Below, piece after piece: positions 9,413-19,124 of a stretch of 64,000 bases of DNA (the first letter of the stretch is position 1; every line of letters begins with the position of its first letter). The DNA comes from an uncultured bacterium. Lineage in GTDB: Bacteria; Verrucomicrobiota; Verrucomicrobiia; Limisphaerales; UBA8199. Both the position numbers and the translations under genes were made by a program. The notes under the pieces were generated by a model. That model worked only from the letters and a program-made list of their open reading frames with translations. It was not told the origin of the DNA and made no database searches. The stretch covers positions 224,001 to 288,000 of the forward strand of contig CAVVMW010000022.1 in NCBI GenBank assembly GCA_963749495.1, given 5' to 3'.

Positions 9413-10857
9413 TGAGCAGTTCGATCCAACAGGCAAGAGTGCAAGCGGCCGGGGCCGGGTGCGTGCTGGGCGGGACCTCCATGACGGGTTCGGCTGCCGG
9501 CCATGTGTCGCTCGAGGGGGTTCATGGCAGCGTGGAGGTGCCGCAGCCTCAAGCCGGCTTTTGGCAACAATGGCGGGCGTTCGTCGGGCCGGCGATTCTC
9601 ATCAGCGTCGGCTACATGGACCCGGGCAACTGGGGCACCGACCTGGCGGGAGGCGCACAATTCAAATACGGACTGTTGTGGGTGGTTGGGCTGGCCAGTT
9701 TGATGGCGATCTTCATGCAGGTCATCGCCTCCCGCCTGGGCGTGGTCACCGGAAAGGACCTCGCCCAGTGCTGCCGGGATTGGTATCCGCGCTGGACGCG
9801 CTGGCCCAACTGGTTGTTCTGCGAAGTGGCCATCGGGGCGTGTGACCTGGCCGAGGTGCTCGGCAGTGCCGTCGCGCTCAACCTCATGTTCCATATTCCG
9901 CTGCTCTGGGCGGTCATTATCACGGGGCTGGATGTCCTGCTGCTCCTGGCCCTCCAACGGTTTGGGATGCGGACTATCGAGGCCATTGTCCTGCTGCTCG
10001 TCGCCACCATCGGCGTGTGCTACTTCATCGAGATTTTTGTCCTGCCGCAGACCCAGCCCCATTTCCTGGAGATGGGACGGGCCCTGGCCGTGCCGAGCCT
10101 TCATCAGCCCGGCATGCTTTACATCGCCATCGGCATGATCGGCGCCACCGTCATGCCCCACAACCTTTACCTGCACTCGGCCCTGGTCCAGAGCCGCAAG
10201 CTGCAACGCGACGATTCATCCATACGCAGCGCCATTCGCTTCAACGCGATTGATTCGATCACGGCCTTGACCGTCGCCTTCTTCGTCAATGCGGCCATCC
10301 TGGTTCTGGCGGCCATGGTTTTTCACGGCAAGACCAGTGTCACGGTGGCCGGCGGCGAGGTCGTCCACTTCAGCCCGGACAGCGACTGGATTCGCATCGC
10401 GTATCTCACGCTCGCGCCGTTGCTGGGAACGTCATTGGCCAGCACGCTGTTTGTCGTCGCCTTGCTCGCCAGCGGGCAAAGCAGCACGATCACCGGGACG
10501 CTGGCGGGGCAGGTGGTGATGGAAGGCTTCATGCATTGGCGGATCAAACCGTGGCTGCGGCGGCTCATCACGCGCACGCTGGCCATCATTCCAGCGGTTC
10601 TCATCATTGGCATTCGCGGGGACAGCAGCGTCAATGACCTGCTCACGCTCAGCCAGGTCGTGTTGGCCCTGCAGCTCCCGTTTGCCATGTTCCCCCTGCT
10701 GCACTTCGCCTGCTCACGCAAACGCCTGGGAAACTGGAAGCTCGGATGGTTTCTCTTGACCGCCGGTTGGGGAAGCGCTTTACTGATCACCGCGATGGAC
10801 ATCTGCGGATTGCCAGACTCGCTTAAGTCGGCCTGGCATGTCATCGTGGGCAGTTGA
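9412..10857 (+). CDS. mntH: NRAMP Mn2+/H+ symporter
   Basis: GYMDPGNW, GATVMPHNLYLHS and SSTITGTLAGQVVMEGF motifs. Confidence 0.95.
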   Translation: MSSSIQQARVQAAGAGCVLGGTSMTGSAAGHVSLEGVHGSVEVPQPQAGFWQQWRAFVGPAILISVGYMDPGNWGTDLAGGAQFKYGLLWVVGLASLMAIFMQVIASRLGVVTGKDLAQCCRDWYPRWTRWPNWLFCEVAIGACDLAEVLGSAVALNLMFHIPLLWAVIITGLDVLLLLALQRFGMRTIEAIVLLLVATIGVCYFIEIFVLPQTQPHFLEMGRALAVPSLHQPGMLYIAIGMIGATVMPHNLYLHSALVQSRKLQRDDSSIRSAIRFNAIDSITALTVAFFVNAAILVLAAMVFHGKTSVTVAGGEVVHFSPDSDWIRIAYLTLAPLLGTSLASTLFVVALLASGQSSTITGTLAGQVVMEGFMHWRIKPWLRRLITRTLAIIPAVLIIGIRGDSSVNDLLTLSQVVLALQLPFAMFPLLHFACSRKRLGNWKLGWFLLTAGWGSALLITAMDICGLPDSLKSAWHVIVGS

Positions 10858-10876
10858 ACCCGTCAACGACCGGCAC

Positions 10877-11293
10877 ATGTATGAGACCATTCTCGTGACG
10901 TTGGACGGCACACCGACGGACCGGGCGATCATCCAACACGTCAAAGAACTTGCGACGCTGGCCCAAAGCCGGGTGGTGTTGCTTCACGTGGCTGACGGCT
11001 GGGCCGCCAGAACCTATGGCCCGGACGCGGTAAGCCCCGAGATCACCGAAGACACGGCCTATCTCTGGAAGGTCCGGGCCGAGTTTAAATCCGCGGGGAT
11101 TTCTGCCGAGGCCGAACTGGCCTACGGCGAGCCGGCCACAGAAATTGTCAAATGGGTGGAGCAGAAGGGCTGCGACCTGGTGGCGATGAGCACCCACGGA
11201 CACCGCTTCCTGGCCGACCTGTTTTTCGGCACCACCGCCACCCGCGTTCGGCACAGCATCAGCGTGCCGGTCCTCCTGCTCAGGGCCAAGTGA
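10877..11293 (+). CDS. Universal stress protein
   Basis: MYETILVTLDG...DLVAMSTHGH...FGTTA...PVLLL. Confidence 0.92.
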   Translation: MYETILVTLDGTPTDRAIIQHVKELATLAQSRVVLLHVADGWAARTYGPDAVSPEITEDTAYLWKVRAEFKSAGISAEAELAYGEPATEIVKWVEQKGCDLVAMSTHGHRFLADLFFGTTATRVRHSISVPVLLLRAK

Positions 11294-11387
11294 GCCAAGG
11301 CGGCGCCTGGCTGCGGGCAGGCTGTCACGGTTCGGGCTTTCAGGGGGCAGCGTCAGGATACGCCCAAAACCAAAAGCACCGTCGGGT

Positions 11388-11608
11388 TAAGGCCTCATTG
11401 AAGGTGGGAGAGTCAGGGGGGCAGCCCCTCACCCCGGCCCTCTCCCCTTCGGAAGGGGAGAGGGAGTTTCTCGGTGGCGCTTTGGGGAAGCGCAGACGCC
11501 TGGAAACTCCCGAGACTGCCGACGCCTCTCCCTCTCCCCTTTGGAAGGGGAGAGGGCCGGGGTGAGGGGTCTGCCCGGCACTCGGTCTCCGCCTTCACCG
11601 AACCGGTT
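11388..11608. mobile_element. MITE-like unit carrying a CCCCTCACCCC REP doublet
   Basis: REP arms at ~11424-11570; the first ~115 bp, including the putative terminus, match the reverse complement of 24876-24991. Confidence 0.6.
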
Positions 11609-11694
11609 ACAGCACCGGGCATTAATGTCTTTTTAATGCCCTTGGGCACGGATTTAATTACCCAGGTTTGCGCTAACGGGCCAAGGTTTAGCAG

Positions 11695-12774
11695 ATGAAA
11701 ACCGAGAATGCCTGTCCGCTAGAGCAGGTTGCCAGTTGCCGCAACGTGCCGGAGCATCACGAACCGGTGGATGCGAGCAGCGCGCCGTTCCAGCCGGGAG
11801 CGGTGCTGGACGGCCGCTTCTTGATCACGGAGGTCCTCAGCCGCAGCGGCATGGCAACGATTTACAAGGCCCAGGACCAACAGAACGGCTGCCAGTGGGT
11901 CGCAGTCAAAGTGCCGCACCTGGAGTACGAAAGCGACCCCGCCTTCTTTTCCCGTTTCCAGCGCGAGGAGAAAATCGGCCTCGAACTCAACCATCCTTTG
12001 GTCCTCAAGTTCGTCCCAGTCCGGAGCAAAAGCCGGCCTTACATCGTCACCGAGTACTTGAAGGGCTGCACCCTGGAGCACATGCTCAAGGCGATGCGGC
12101 CTTTGCCGGAAAAAGACGCCCTCAAAATCGCCAGCCTGATTTGCGACGCCTTGCAGCACCTCCACGACCACGGCGTCATTCACCGCGACCTCAAACCCCA
12201 GAACGTGATGATCTGCTGCGACGGGACCCTCCGCATCATGGACTTCGGCATCGCGCGGGACGGCACTTCACGGCGCATCACGCAAATGGGCAACACGAAA
12301 TCCATGGGCACGCCCGATTACATGGCCCCGGAGCAAGTCAAGGGCAAGCGCGCCGACCGGCGCACGGACATTTACAACCTGGGCGCGCTCCTCTATGAAA
12401 TGCTCGCCGGCGCTGTTCCTTTCCAGGATGAGAATCCCTGGGCCGCGCTCAATGCCCGGGTCACGGGCAATCCCGTCGCTCCCCGCAAACTCAACCCCGA
12501 CCTCTCGCCCCAGGCCGAGGAAATTGTCCTGCGCGCCCTCCAGCGCGACCCGGCCGCCCGCTACCCGACCGCAGCCGCGATGAAGGCCGAACTGGACACC
12601 GCCGAACACGTCCGGGTCACCGGCCTGGCCGAGCGGCTCCAGCAGCCCGCGGCCTGGAAGCCCGGTCTCTTTCAACGACCCGGGATGCTCAGCGCCGCCC
12701 TGCTGGTCCCATTGGCAATCGGGATTGTCGTCCTGGTGTGGCTGCTCCTTCAGCAGCGCGCTGGCGCACACTAG
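11695..12774 (+). CDS. Hanks-type Ser/Thr protein kinase with C-terminal TM helix
   Basis: VAVK, HRDLKPQN, DFG, GTPDYMAPE; hydrophobic C-terminus. Confidence 0.95.
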   Translation: MKTENACPLEQVASCRNVPEHHEPVDASSAPFQPGAVLDGRFLITEVLSRSGMATIYKAQDQQNGCQWVAVKVPHLEYESDPAFFSRFQREEKIGLELNHPLVLKFVPVRSKSRPYIVTEYLKGCTLEHMLKAMRPLPEKDALKIASLICDALQHLHDHGVIHRDLKPQNVMICCDGTLRIMDFGIARDGTSRRITQMGNTKSMGTPDYMAPEQVKGKRADRRTDIYNLGALLYEMLAGAVPFQDENPWAALNARVTGNPVAPRKLNPDLSPQAEEIVLRALQRDPAARYPTAAAMKAELDTAEHVRVTGLAERLQQPAAWKPGLFQRPGMLSAALLVPLAIGIVVLVWLLLQQRAGAH

Positions 12775-12790
12775 ATCGAACCACCTCATC

Positions 12791-13051
12791 CGGCCCAAAG
12801 GGCCGGCAGAGCCTAGCCCAGGGCTGAGGCCGTCAGGCCGATGCCCTGGGTTTGGCCACAGAAGGGGGCCAGGCGCCCTGAAGGGGCGCCAGAGGGTTCT
12901 GACGCCCCTTCAGGGCGCGCGGGCTCTTTGGCGAGCCTTTCCCTTCCCAGAAAAGCGGCAGAGGACTGCCGCAGTCCAAAACGCCTCGCGAGGCAAGGAC
13001 GCGGCAGAGCTCGCGCTAGCGTGTTGGACTGCGGCAGTCCTCTGCCGCTTT
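12791..13051. repeat. Two adjacent REP-like palindromes
   Basis: GCCCTGAAGGGGC / GCCCCTTCAGGGC and AAAGCGGCAGAGGACTGCCGCAGTCCAA / TTGGACTGCGGCAGTCCTCTGCCGCTTT; the second family recurs at 62895-62972. Confidence 0.85.
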
Positions 13052-13100
13052 AGTCATGAAAAAAGAAAGTATTGACGGCGCCTGAACTAAATATTCAATT

Positions 13101-13118
13101 GAATCACACATTTGATTC
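13101..13118. promoter_or_regulatory. Putative TetR operator
   Basis: GAATCA-N6-TGATTC directly before the tetR stub ATG; similar site at 51484-51501. Confidence 0.6.
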
Positions 13119-13120
13119 GC

Positions 13121-13231
13121 ATGAGCGATCCGAGCGCAAACCCACGGCCTGCCGCCAGCCCGGTCAACCCTGCCGCTGCATCCACCCGGGAAGCATTGCT
13201 GGATGCGGCAGAGCAGTTGTTCGCCACTCGA
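13121..13231 (+). pseudogene. 5' stub of a TetR-family regulator truncated by the Y1 element
   Basis: MSDPSANPRPAASPVNPAAASTREALLDAAEQLFATR (TetR helix 1), then runs into the element end. Confidence 0.75.
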
Positions 13232-14336
13232 AAAGAAAAGGGGTCGTTCTAAAAAGGGGTCGGTTCTCAGTATCGTGAACTAAAAAGGGGTCGGTTCTCA
13301 GTATCGTGAACTTGGTCTTGACAATACCCCGCCGCCGCCCTACGCTGGCGCACGTGGCCAGAAAAATCAGAATCCAATATCCCGGCGCGATCTACCACGT
13401 CATGAACCGTGGTGACCACCGCGAGCCCATCTTTCGCTCCCACAAGGATCGCGAGATGTTCCTGGAAACCCTGGGACAGGCGTGTGAGAAGACTGACTGG
13501 CAGGTCCATGCGTGGTGTTTAATGAGCAACCACTTTCACTTGGCGGTCGAGACGCCCCGGGCCAACCTGGTGCCGGGCATGAAATGGCTCTTGGGCACCT
13601 ACACGATGCGATTCAACCGCCGCCACAAGCTCTTTGGTCATCTGTTCAGCGGCCGTTACAAGGCGCTGCTGGTGGACGGCAGCGGCAGCGGTTATCTCAA
13701 GAGCGTGTGCGATTACATCCACCTGAATCCGGCGCGGGCCAAAGTGCTTTCGGCCAGCCAAAGGCTCTCGGAATTCCGCTGGAGCAGTTACCCGGAGTAT
13801 CTCAAGGACCGCTCGGCGCGGCGGCCTTGGCTGCGCGTGGACCGGTTGCTGGGGGAGCACGGCATCCCCAAAGACAGCCCCGCTGGCCGGCGGCAATTGG
13901 AGTTGCGGATGGAACGACGGCGGGCCGCCGAGGACGGGCAGGAGTTTGCGCCCTTGGAGCGGGGCTGGTGCCTGGGAAGCGAGGCGTTCCGGCAAGACCT
14001 GCTGGCGCAGATGAGCGCGGGGCCAGAGCATTACGGGGAGGAGATTCGCGAATCCGGGGAGGAAAAGGCCAGGCGGCTGCTTGAGGCCGAACTCAAGAAA
14101 CTGGGCTGGGGGAAAGGAGAGCTTGAGCGCCGCAGGAAGGGAGACCCGGAGAAACTCCGGATTGCCACACGTCTGCGGCGGGAGACGACCATGACCCTGG
14201 CCTGGGTCGCGAAGGCGCTGCACATGGGCACCAAAACCCACCTGGTTCACCTCCTCTATTGGCAAGGAAAGGAGAAGAACAACAACCGATGAGTGAATTG
14301 TCAAAACTAAGAACCGACCCTTTTTTTTCTTTTTCG
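13229..14336 (+). mobile_element. Y1/HUH-HTH element with inverted ends (type C), left end tandemly duplicated
   Basis: GGGGTCGGTTCTCAGT (13256 and 13287, 31-bp period) versus ACTAAGAACCGACCC (14306-14320), with A-tract and T-tract extensions. Confidence 0.8.
13354..14292 (+). CDS. RAYT-like Y1 transposase with C-terminal HTH, intact
   Basis: YHVMNRG, NHFHL (HUH), GHLFSGRYKA, YIHLNP (catalytic Tyr), WSSY; promoter TTGACA-N17-TACGCT at 13318-13346. Confidence 0.92.
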   Translation: MARKIRIQYPGAIYHVMNRGDHREPIFRSHKDREMFLETLGQACEKTDWQVHAWCLMSNHFHLAVETPRANLVPGMKWLLGTYTMRFNRRHKLFGHLFSGRYKALLVDGSGSGYLKSVCDYIHLNPARAKVLSASQRLSEFRWSSYPEYLKDRSARRPWLRVDRLLGEHGIPKDSPAGRRQLELRMERRRAAEDGQEFAPLERGWCLGSEAFRQDLLAQMSAGPEHYGEEIRESGEEKARRLLEAELKKLGWGKGELERRRKGDPEKLRIATRLRRETTMTLAWVAKALHMGTKTHLVHLLYWQGKEKNNNR

Positions 14337-15113
14337 CACGGCGAGCAAGTCCCGCTGGAGAGCTTCGCCACACTCAAAATCCAGCCTGAATTCGTCACCA
14401 TCCCCCATTACAACCAACTGCGCGCGGTCACCGTGAAGGCCTACGCGCCCTTTGGCGAGTTGCCTTCGCGCGTGCTGGACCGCGCCCGTCCCGGCCTCGC
14501 AGCCATCCGCGTGCCGCCGGGATACAACCTCAGTCTCGCGGGCGAGGACAAGGAATTGCGCAAGAACCGTTCCGAGATGGGGCTGGTCATGGAGGTGTCG
14601 CTGGCCCTGATTATTCTGGCGATGGTCATTCAGTTCAACTCCGTCATGAAGTCGCTCGTTGTCATGGCCACGGTGCCCCTGGGGTTAATCGGCGCGTTGC
14701 TCGGCCTTGCCCTGACCCAATCGCCCCTGGGCTTCATGGGGCTTCTGGGCATTGTCAGCCTCGCGGGCGTCATCGTCAGCCACATCATCGTGCTGAGCGA
14801 TTTCATCGAGGAGGCCCGTGCGACAGGCATGCCGCTCCAGGAGGCCCTGCTCCAGGCCGGGCTGGCCCGTCTCCGGCCGGTGCTGGTGACGGTCCTGGCA
14901 ACGGTCGGCGGGCTCGTTCCATTGTTTCTTACCGGCGGAACGCTGTGGCGCCCGTTGACAGCCGTTCACATCTTCGGCTTGCTGTTGGCCACGGGCCTCA
15001 CCTTGGTCTTGCTGCCGGTCATCTACTACGCGTTCGCGAGTGTCTCAAGCTGCACGGGAGGGACAAAAGAGACAAAAGCGACAAAAGGGACGGGAAGAAC
15101 GGTGTCCGCCTAA
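14337..15113 (+). pseudogene. C-terminal ~260 aa of an RND (AcrB-family) permease
   Basis: QFNS...VPLGLIG, GIVSLAGVIVSHIIVL, RLRPVLVT; no start codon or N-terminal part. Confidence 0.85.
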
Positions 15114-15126
15114 CACAAGGCCCCGC

Positions 15127-15275
15127 GCACTCCGCATTCGTCATTCGTCATTCGTCATTCGTCATTCGTCACTCCCCGCACCGCAATCCAGACCCAACCT
15201 TCCCACTGGAACACTCCGCACTCCGCATTCCGCACTCCGCACTCGGTTCGTTCGTCATTCGTCATTCGTCATTCT
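15127..15275. repeat. Heptamer tandem repeats (TTCGTCA)n and (CTCCGCA)n
   Basis: Visible directly between convergent genes; overlaps the CocE stop codon. Confidence 0.9.
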
Positions 15276-17187
15276 GCGCTGCGCGCAGCACGCCCACCGT
15301 GACCCCGGAGGCGGCGCCCGAGGCGCGATAGACACGCTGCGTGGCCTTGCGGAAATCCTCGGGCCGGGCCGTGGGGATGTTCACAAAACTCTGCGGGTTG
15401 CGATCCACCAAGGGGAACCATGAACTCTGGACCTGGACCATGACCCGGTGGCCGGAGCGGAAGGTGTGGAAGATGTCGGGCAGCGTGAAGTCCAGGGGCG
15501 TCACCTGGCCCGGCTGGAATGGCTCGGGGTTCTCGAAGCTGTTGCGGAACCGGCCCCGGAGCACGTCGCCCCGGACCAGTTGCTGGCAGCCGCCCAGCTT
15601 CAAGTTGGCGGGATTGGGCTGGGGATCCGGGTAGTCCCCGGGATAGACATCGATGAGCTTGACCACCCAATCCGCGTCGGTGCCGGTGGTCGAGACGCGA
15701 AGCGCGGCCTTGAGCGGGCCGGCCAACGTGAGGTCCTCGGCCAGCGGTTCGGTCTCATAAACCAGGACGTCGGTTCGCGACGCCACGAACCGCTGGTCCT
15801 GGGCAGGGTAGTCGCGCGGGTAGCTCGTCGAGGGCTCGACGGCATAGGGCACAGGCTTGGCGGGGTCGCTCACGTACTCGTCGAAGGCGTCCGCCTCGGG
15901 CGGCGGCTCGAAGCTCAACGAGCCTCGGGCATGGAAATAGAGCGTGCGGGGCGCGACGTTTTTGGGCGGCCAGGCATCGAACCGGCGCCACTGGTCTGTG
16001 CCGGTCTCGAAGACCTGGGCCTTGGCCAGGGGCCAGTTGGTGTCGCCTTTGAGGAAATGCCGGAAGAAGGGCAACTCGATTTTCTCGCGATAAAACTGGC
16101 CGGTCTTTTCGTGAAAACTGACCGGTCCGAGGGTGTCGCCCAGGCCACGGCCCCATTCGCCGTGCGCCCAGGGACCCATCACCAAGAGGTTGGTGATGCC
16201 CGAATTGAGCTGTTGGGTCCAACGATAGGTCTCCAGCGCGCCGAACAGGTCCTCGGCATCGAACCAGCCGCCGACAGTCATGACAGCGCAGTGGACGTTG
16301 CGGAGGTGGGGCCGGATGTTGCGGGCCTGCCACCAGGCATCGTAAGTCGAGTGCATCAGCATGTCGGTCCACATCCGCGACTGGCCCTTGAGGTGGAATG
16401 TGTCCGAATTGGTGAGGGCGCCCATGCGCAGGAAGAAGTCGTAGCCGTCGGGTGTGCCGAATTGGAACTGCCTGACTTCTTCATGGAGCGGGTCCTGGAG
16501 CCGCTGGGAAAACCGGTAAAAAAAACCGAAGTTCTGGGAGAGGAAAAAGGCGCCGTTGTGGTGCGCGTCATCGCCGATGAACCAATCGGTAATCGGGGCC
16601 TGCGGCGAGGCCGCCTTGAGGGCAGGGTGGCTGTCGATCATCCCCATCGAGACATAGAAGCCAGGATACGAGATGCCCAGGAGGCCGGCCTTGCCGTTGT
16701 TGCCGGGGACGTTCTTGACCAGCCACTCGATGGTGTCCCAGGTGTCCGAGCTCTCGTCGGTGTCCTTGGGGCCCTTGTTCGGGTTGTAGGGCCTGACGTG
16801 GACATACTGGCCTTCAGAAGCGAATCGGCCGCGCACGTCCTGCGCGGCGAGGATGAAAGTGTCTTTGGCGAGCGTGTCGAATGACCCCGAGGCGTCATAG
16901 TAGTGGTCCGCGCCATAGGGCTTGACCGAATAGGGGGTGCGCGTGAGCAGGATGGGCCAGGCCTGCGAGGTGTCCTTGGGCACATAGACGCAGGTGAAGA
17001 GACGGACGCCGTCGCGCATGGGGATGCGGTGCTCGTATTTGGTGTAATGCTCGGCCAGCCAACTGGTGTTGGCCTCGACCGCGCCGTCCGCGGCGTCAGG
17101 ACGGCCGGAGGCGAGCGCCAGGAGGACAACCGCGCAGAGCAGGGCGGGGGAGCGCGCTGAGGCGGCATTGGGCGAAGGGTGCGTCAT
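15262..17187 (-). CDS. CocE/NonD-family hydrolase (amino-acid ester hydrolase-like), secreted
   Basis: IPMRDGVRL, RTPY, QDVRGR, GISYPG nucleophile, VGGWFDAED, GPWAHG; signal peptide. Confidence 0.93.
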   Translation of the reverse strand: MTHPSPNAASARSPALLCAVVLLALASGRPDAADGAVEANTSWLAEHYTKYEHRIPMRDGVRLFTCVYVPKDTSQAWPILLTRTPYSVKPYGADHYYDASGSFDTLAKDTFILAAQDVRGRFASEGQYVHVRPYNPNKGPKDTDESSDTWDTIEWLVKNVPGNNGKAGLLGISYPGFYVSMGMIDSHPALKAASPQAPITDWFIGDDAHHNGAFFLSQNFGFFYRFSQRLQDPLHEEVRQFQFGTPDGYDFFLRMGALTNSDTFHLKGQSRMWTDMLMHSTYDAWWQARNIRPHLRNVHCAVMTVGGWFDAEDLFGALETYRWTQQLNSGITNLLVMGPWAHGEWGRGLGDTLGPVSFHEKTGQFYREKIELPFFRHFLKGDTNWPLAKAQVFETGTDQWRRFDAWPPKNVAPRTLYFHARGSLSFEPPPEADAFDEYVSDPAKPVPYAVEPSTSYPRDYPAQDQRFVASRTDVLVYETEPLAEDLTLAGPLKAALRVSTTGTDADWVVKLIDVYPGDYPDPQPNPANLKLGGCQQLVRGDVLRGRFRNSFENPEPFQPGQVTPLDFTLPDIFHTFRSGHRVMVQVQSSWFPLVDRNPQSFVNIPTARPEDFRKATQRVYRASGAASGVTVGVLRAAQNDE

Positions 17188-18098
17188 AACGGTTCCAGGT
17201 TCTGTTTGAGCTTCTTCCAGGCCGTTATCGAGCGGGCCAGGTGGTCGCGGGCGTTGCCGCCGATGCCGTAGCACTGGAGGCCGATGGGGCCCTTGTAGCC
17301 CAGCTCCTTGAGGGTGCGCAGGAAACGCCCCAGGTCGAACGAGCCTTTGTCCAGGGGCTGGATGTAGTGGTCCCAGCCGGGCTGGCTGTCGAACTCGTCG
17401 GCGCCGTTGATCGAGACCGCCCAGAGCCGCGGCATCGCCTGCTGCAGGAGGGGCTTGTAATCGCGCTGCGCGTCCACCCGCAGCCAGTGGCAGAGATTGA
17501 ACATGGCGCCGACGTTCGGACGGTCCACTTCCTTGGCCACACGCGCGCTGTCCTCGATCCGCTCGACCCAGTTGCCCACGTGCGGGTAGAGGAGCAACTG
17601 CGACCCGGAGTCGGCGGCCAAATCGGACATCTCGCGAAGGACCTCGACCGCGCGCGCGTCGGCGGAGGCATCCGAGGGCTTGGCGCCGCCAATCAACAGA
17701 CAGAACTGCACGTGCCGTCCCTTGACCAGCCCGAGCACGTCTTTGAACCGCGCGTCATAAACCGGCTTGCCCGGCGTCAGGTCCACCGTCATCGTGATTT
17801 GGAACAGCTTGAGCCCCGCCTCATCGAGGGTCTTGATCCGCTCCGCCACGTTGTCCAGCCAGATGTGCCCCACCCCGTCGTAGCCCAGTTCCTTGAGCAT
17901 CTGGGCCTGTTCTTTGAACGAGCGCTTCTTGGCATCGTGCCAATCGATGCAGAAGGGAAAGAAGGCATAGGGCTTCTGGTCGGGGCCTGGCTGGAGCGCC
18001 TCTGACGGGCCTGCGGAGGCCCCGGCTGGGGCGGAGGGGACCAGGCACAAGGAGGAGGCGGCGGCGACTGCGAGCAGAATCGAAGGTGTTTTGTTCAT
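17184..18098 (-). CDS. Sugar-phosphate isomerase/epimerase-like TIM-barrel protein, secreted
   Basis: LKELGYDG, LYPH, FNLCHW, GYKGPIGLQ; ATGA overlap with the next gene. Confidence 0.8.
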   Translation of the reverse strand: MNKTPSILLAVAAASSLCLVPSAPAGASAGPSEALQPGPDQKPYAFFPFCIDWHDAKKRSFKEQAQMLKELGYDGVGHIWLDNVAERIKTLDEAGLKLFQITMTVDLTPGKPVYDARFKDVLGLVKGRHVQFCLLIGGAKPSDASADARAVEVLREMSDLAADSGSQLLLYPHVGNWVERIEDSARVAKEVDRPNVGAMFNLCHWLRVDAQRDYKPLLQQAMPRLWAVSINGADEFDSQPGWDHYIQPLDKGSFDLGRFLRTLKELGYKGPIGLQCYGIGGNARDHLARSITAWKKLKQNLEPL

Positions 18099-18154
18099 AT
18101 ATCCTGCGTATGATGGCCCAGATAGTAGTGGAGCGGACCCGACCAGGAAAGGGA

Positions 18155-18186
18155 AATGACGAATGACGAATGACGAATGACGAATG
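18155..18186. repeat. (GAATGAC)n heptamer array
   Basis: About 4.5 units, inverted relative to the array at 19034-19080. Confidence 0.9.
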
Positions 18187-18286
18187 GAGGCACACCCTCA
18201 TGCCAGGAGCCGTGGTGGACAGGTCTGATGCGCCCGTGGAAGGTCTCGCTGCTTGACCCTCAATTGGCTCCGGGTAGATTGTCCCA

Positions 18287-18940
18287 ATGGCAATGGAAGA
18301 ACGAGTCGTCAACCTGGAAGAAACACTGGCCAGGTTCATCGAGCAGAGCAACGCTATCCTGGCCGCCAATCGCGAGGATATTGCAGCCATCCGGGAAGAG
18401 GTCGCCGAAATCCGCGCTAGCAATGCCCGCACCGACCGGCAGTTGCTGCGGATGCAGCAGCAGGCTGACAAGGCCCGTGAGCAGGCAGACAAGGACCGCA
18501 AGGACTTCAACAAGCGGCTGGCCGAGATCTCCGACAGCATGGGAACGCTCATCGAGGATATGGTCGCGCCTTGCGGTTTCAAGCTGGCTGAGGGGATTTT
18601 TGCTGACCAGCAGGCGCAGACTTGTTCCATTCGCGTCAAGGCCAGGCACCCCGCCAACCCCGGCGAGATGCTCGAACTGGACCTGCTGGCTGTCGGCCCC
18701 ACCAAGGTGCTGGTGGTAGAGGTCAAGCGCCGCATGGATGCAGCCAAGGCGGACGAGTATCGTCAGAAACTCCAGCGGTTGCCCGAGTTTCTCCCCACCC
18801 TGGCCGGCAAGGCCATCTGCGCCGCTGTGGCCAGCGTCTATCTGGAGCCGTTGGTGATTGCATTCTTGAACCGCCAGAAGCTCTACGGCATCGCCATGGG
18901 CGACGAGGTCATGGAAGTCAAGAACCTCGGGCAGTTCTAA
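18287..18940 (+). CDS. Coiled-coil plus PD-(D/E)XK nuclease-fold protein (DUF3782-like)
   Basis: Heptad N-terminus; GTLIEDMV, ELDLLAV, VVEVK. Confidence 0.7.
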   Translation: MAMEERVVNLEETLARFIEQSNAILAANREDIAAIREEVAEIRASNARTDRQLLRMQQQADKAREQADKDRKDFNKRLAEISDSMGTLIEDMVAPCGFKLAEGIFADQQAQTCSIRVKARHPANPGEMLELDLLAVGPTKVLVVEVKRRMDAAKADEYRQKLQRLPEFLPTLAGKAICAAVASVYLEPLVIAFLNRQKLYGIAMGDEVMEVKNLGQF

Positions 18941-19033
18941 GCCGCCGGGCGGTTGTGGCGTTCCTGATGGCAGTATCAGGATGACCCCAGGAGGGGACAG
19001 AAGGGACAAAAGGGACCAAAGGGACGCGGCACC

Positions 19034-19080
19034 TCGTCATTCGTCATTCGTCATTCGTCATTCGTCATTTATCATTCGTC
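19034..19080. repeat. (TCGTCAT)n heptamer array
   Basis: About 6 units, preceded by GGGACAAAA-type 9-mers. Confidence 0.9.
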
Positions 19081-19124
19081 TCTTTCATTGCACTCCGGGC
19101 GTGGAGGCGCCATTGGTAAGAGAT

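Noticed and set aside
13249..13312. CRISPR array
   Set aside because: Two 31-bp copies abut with no spacer and no cas genes; they are transposon ends.
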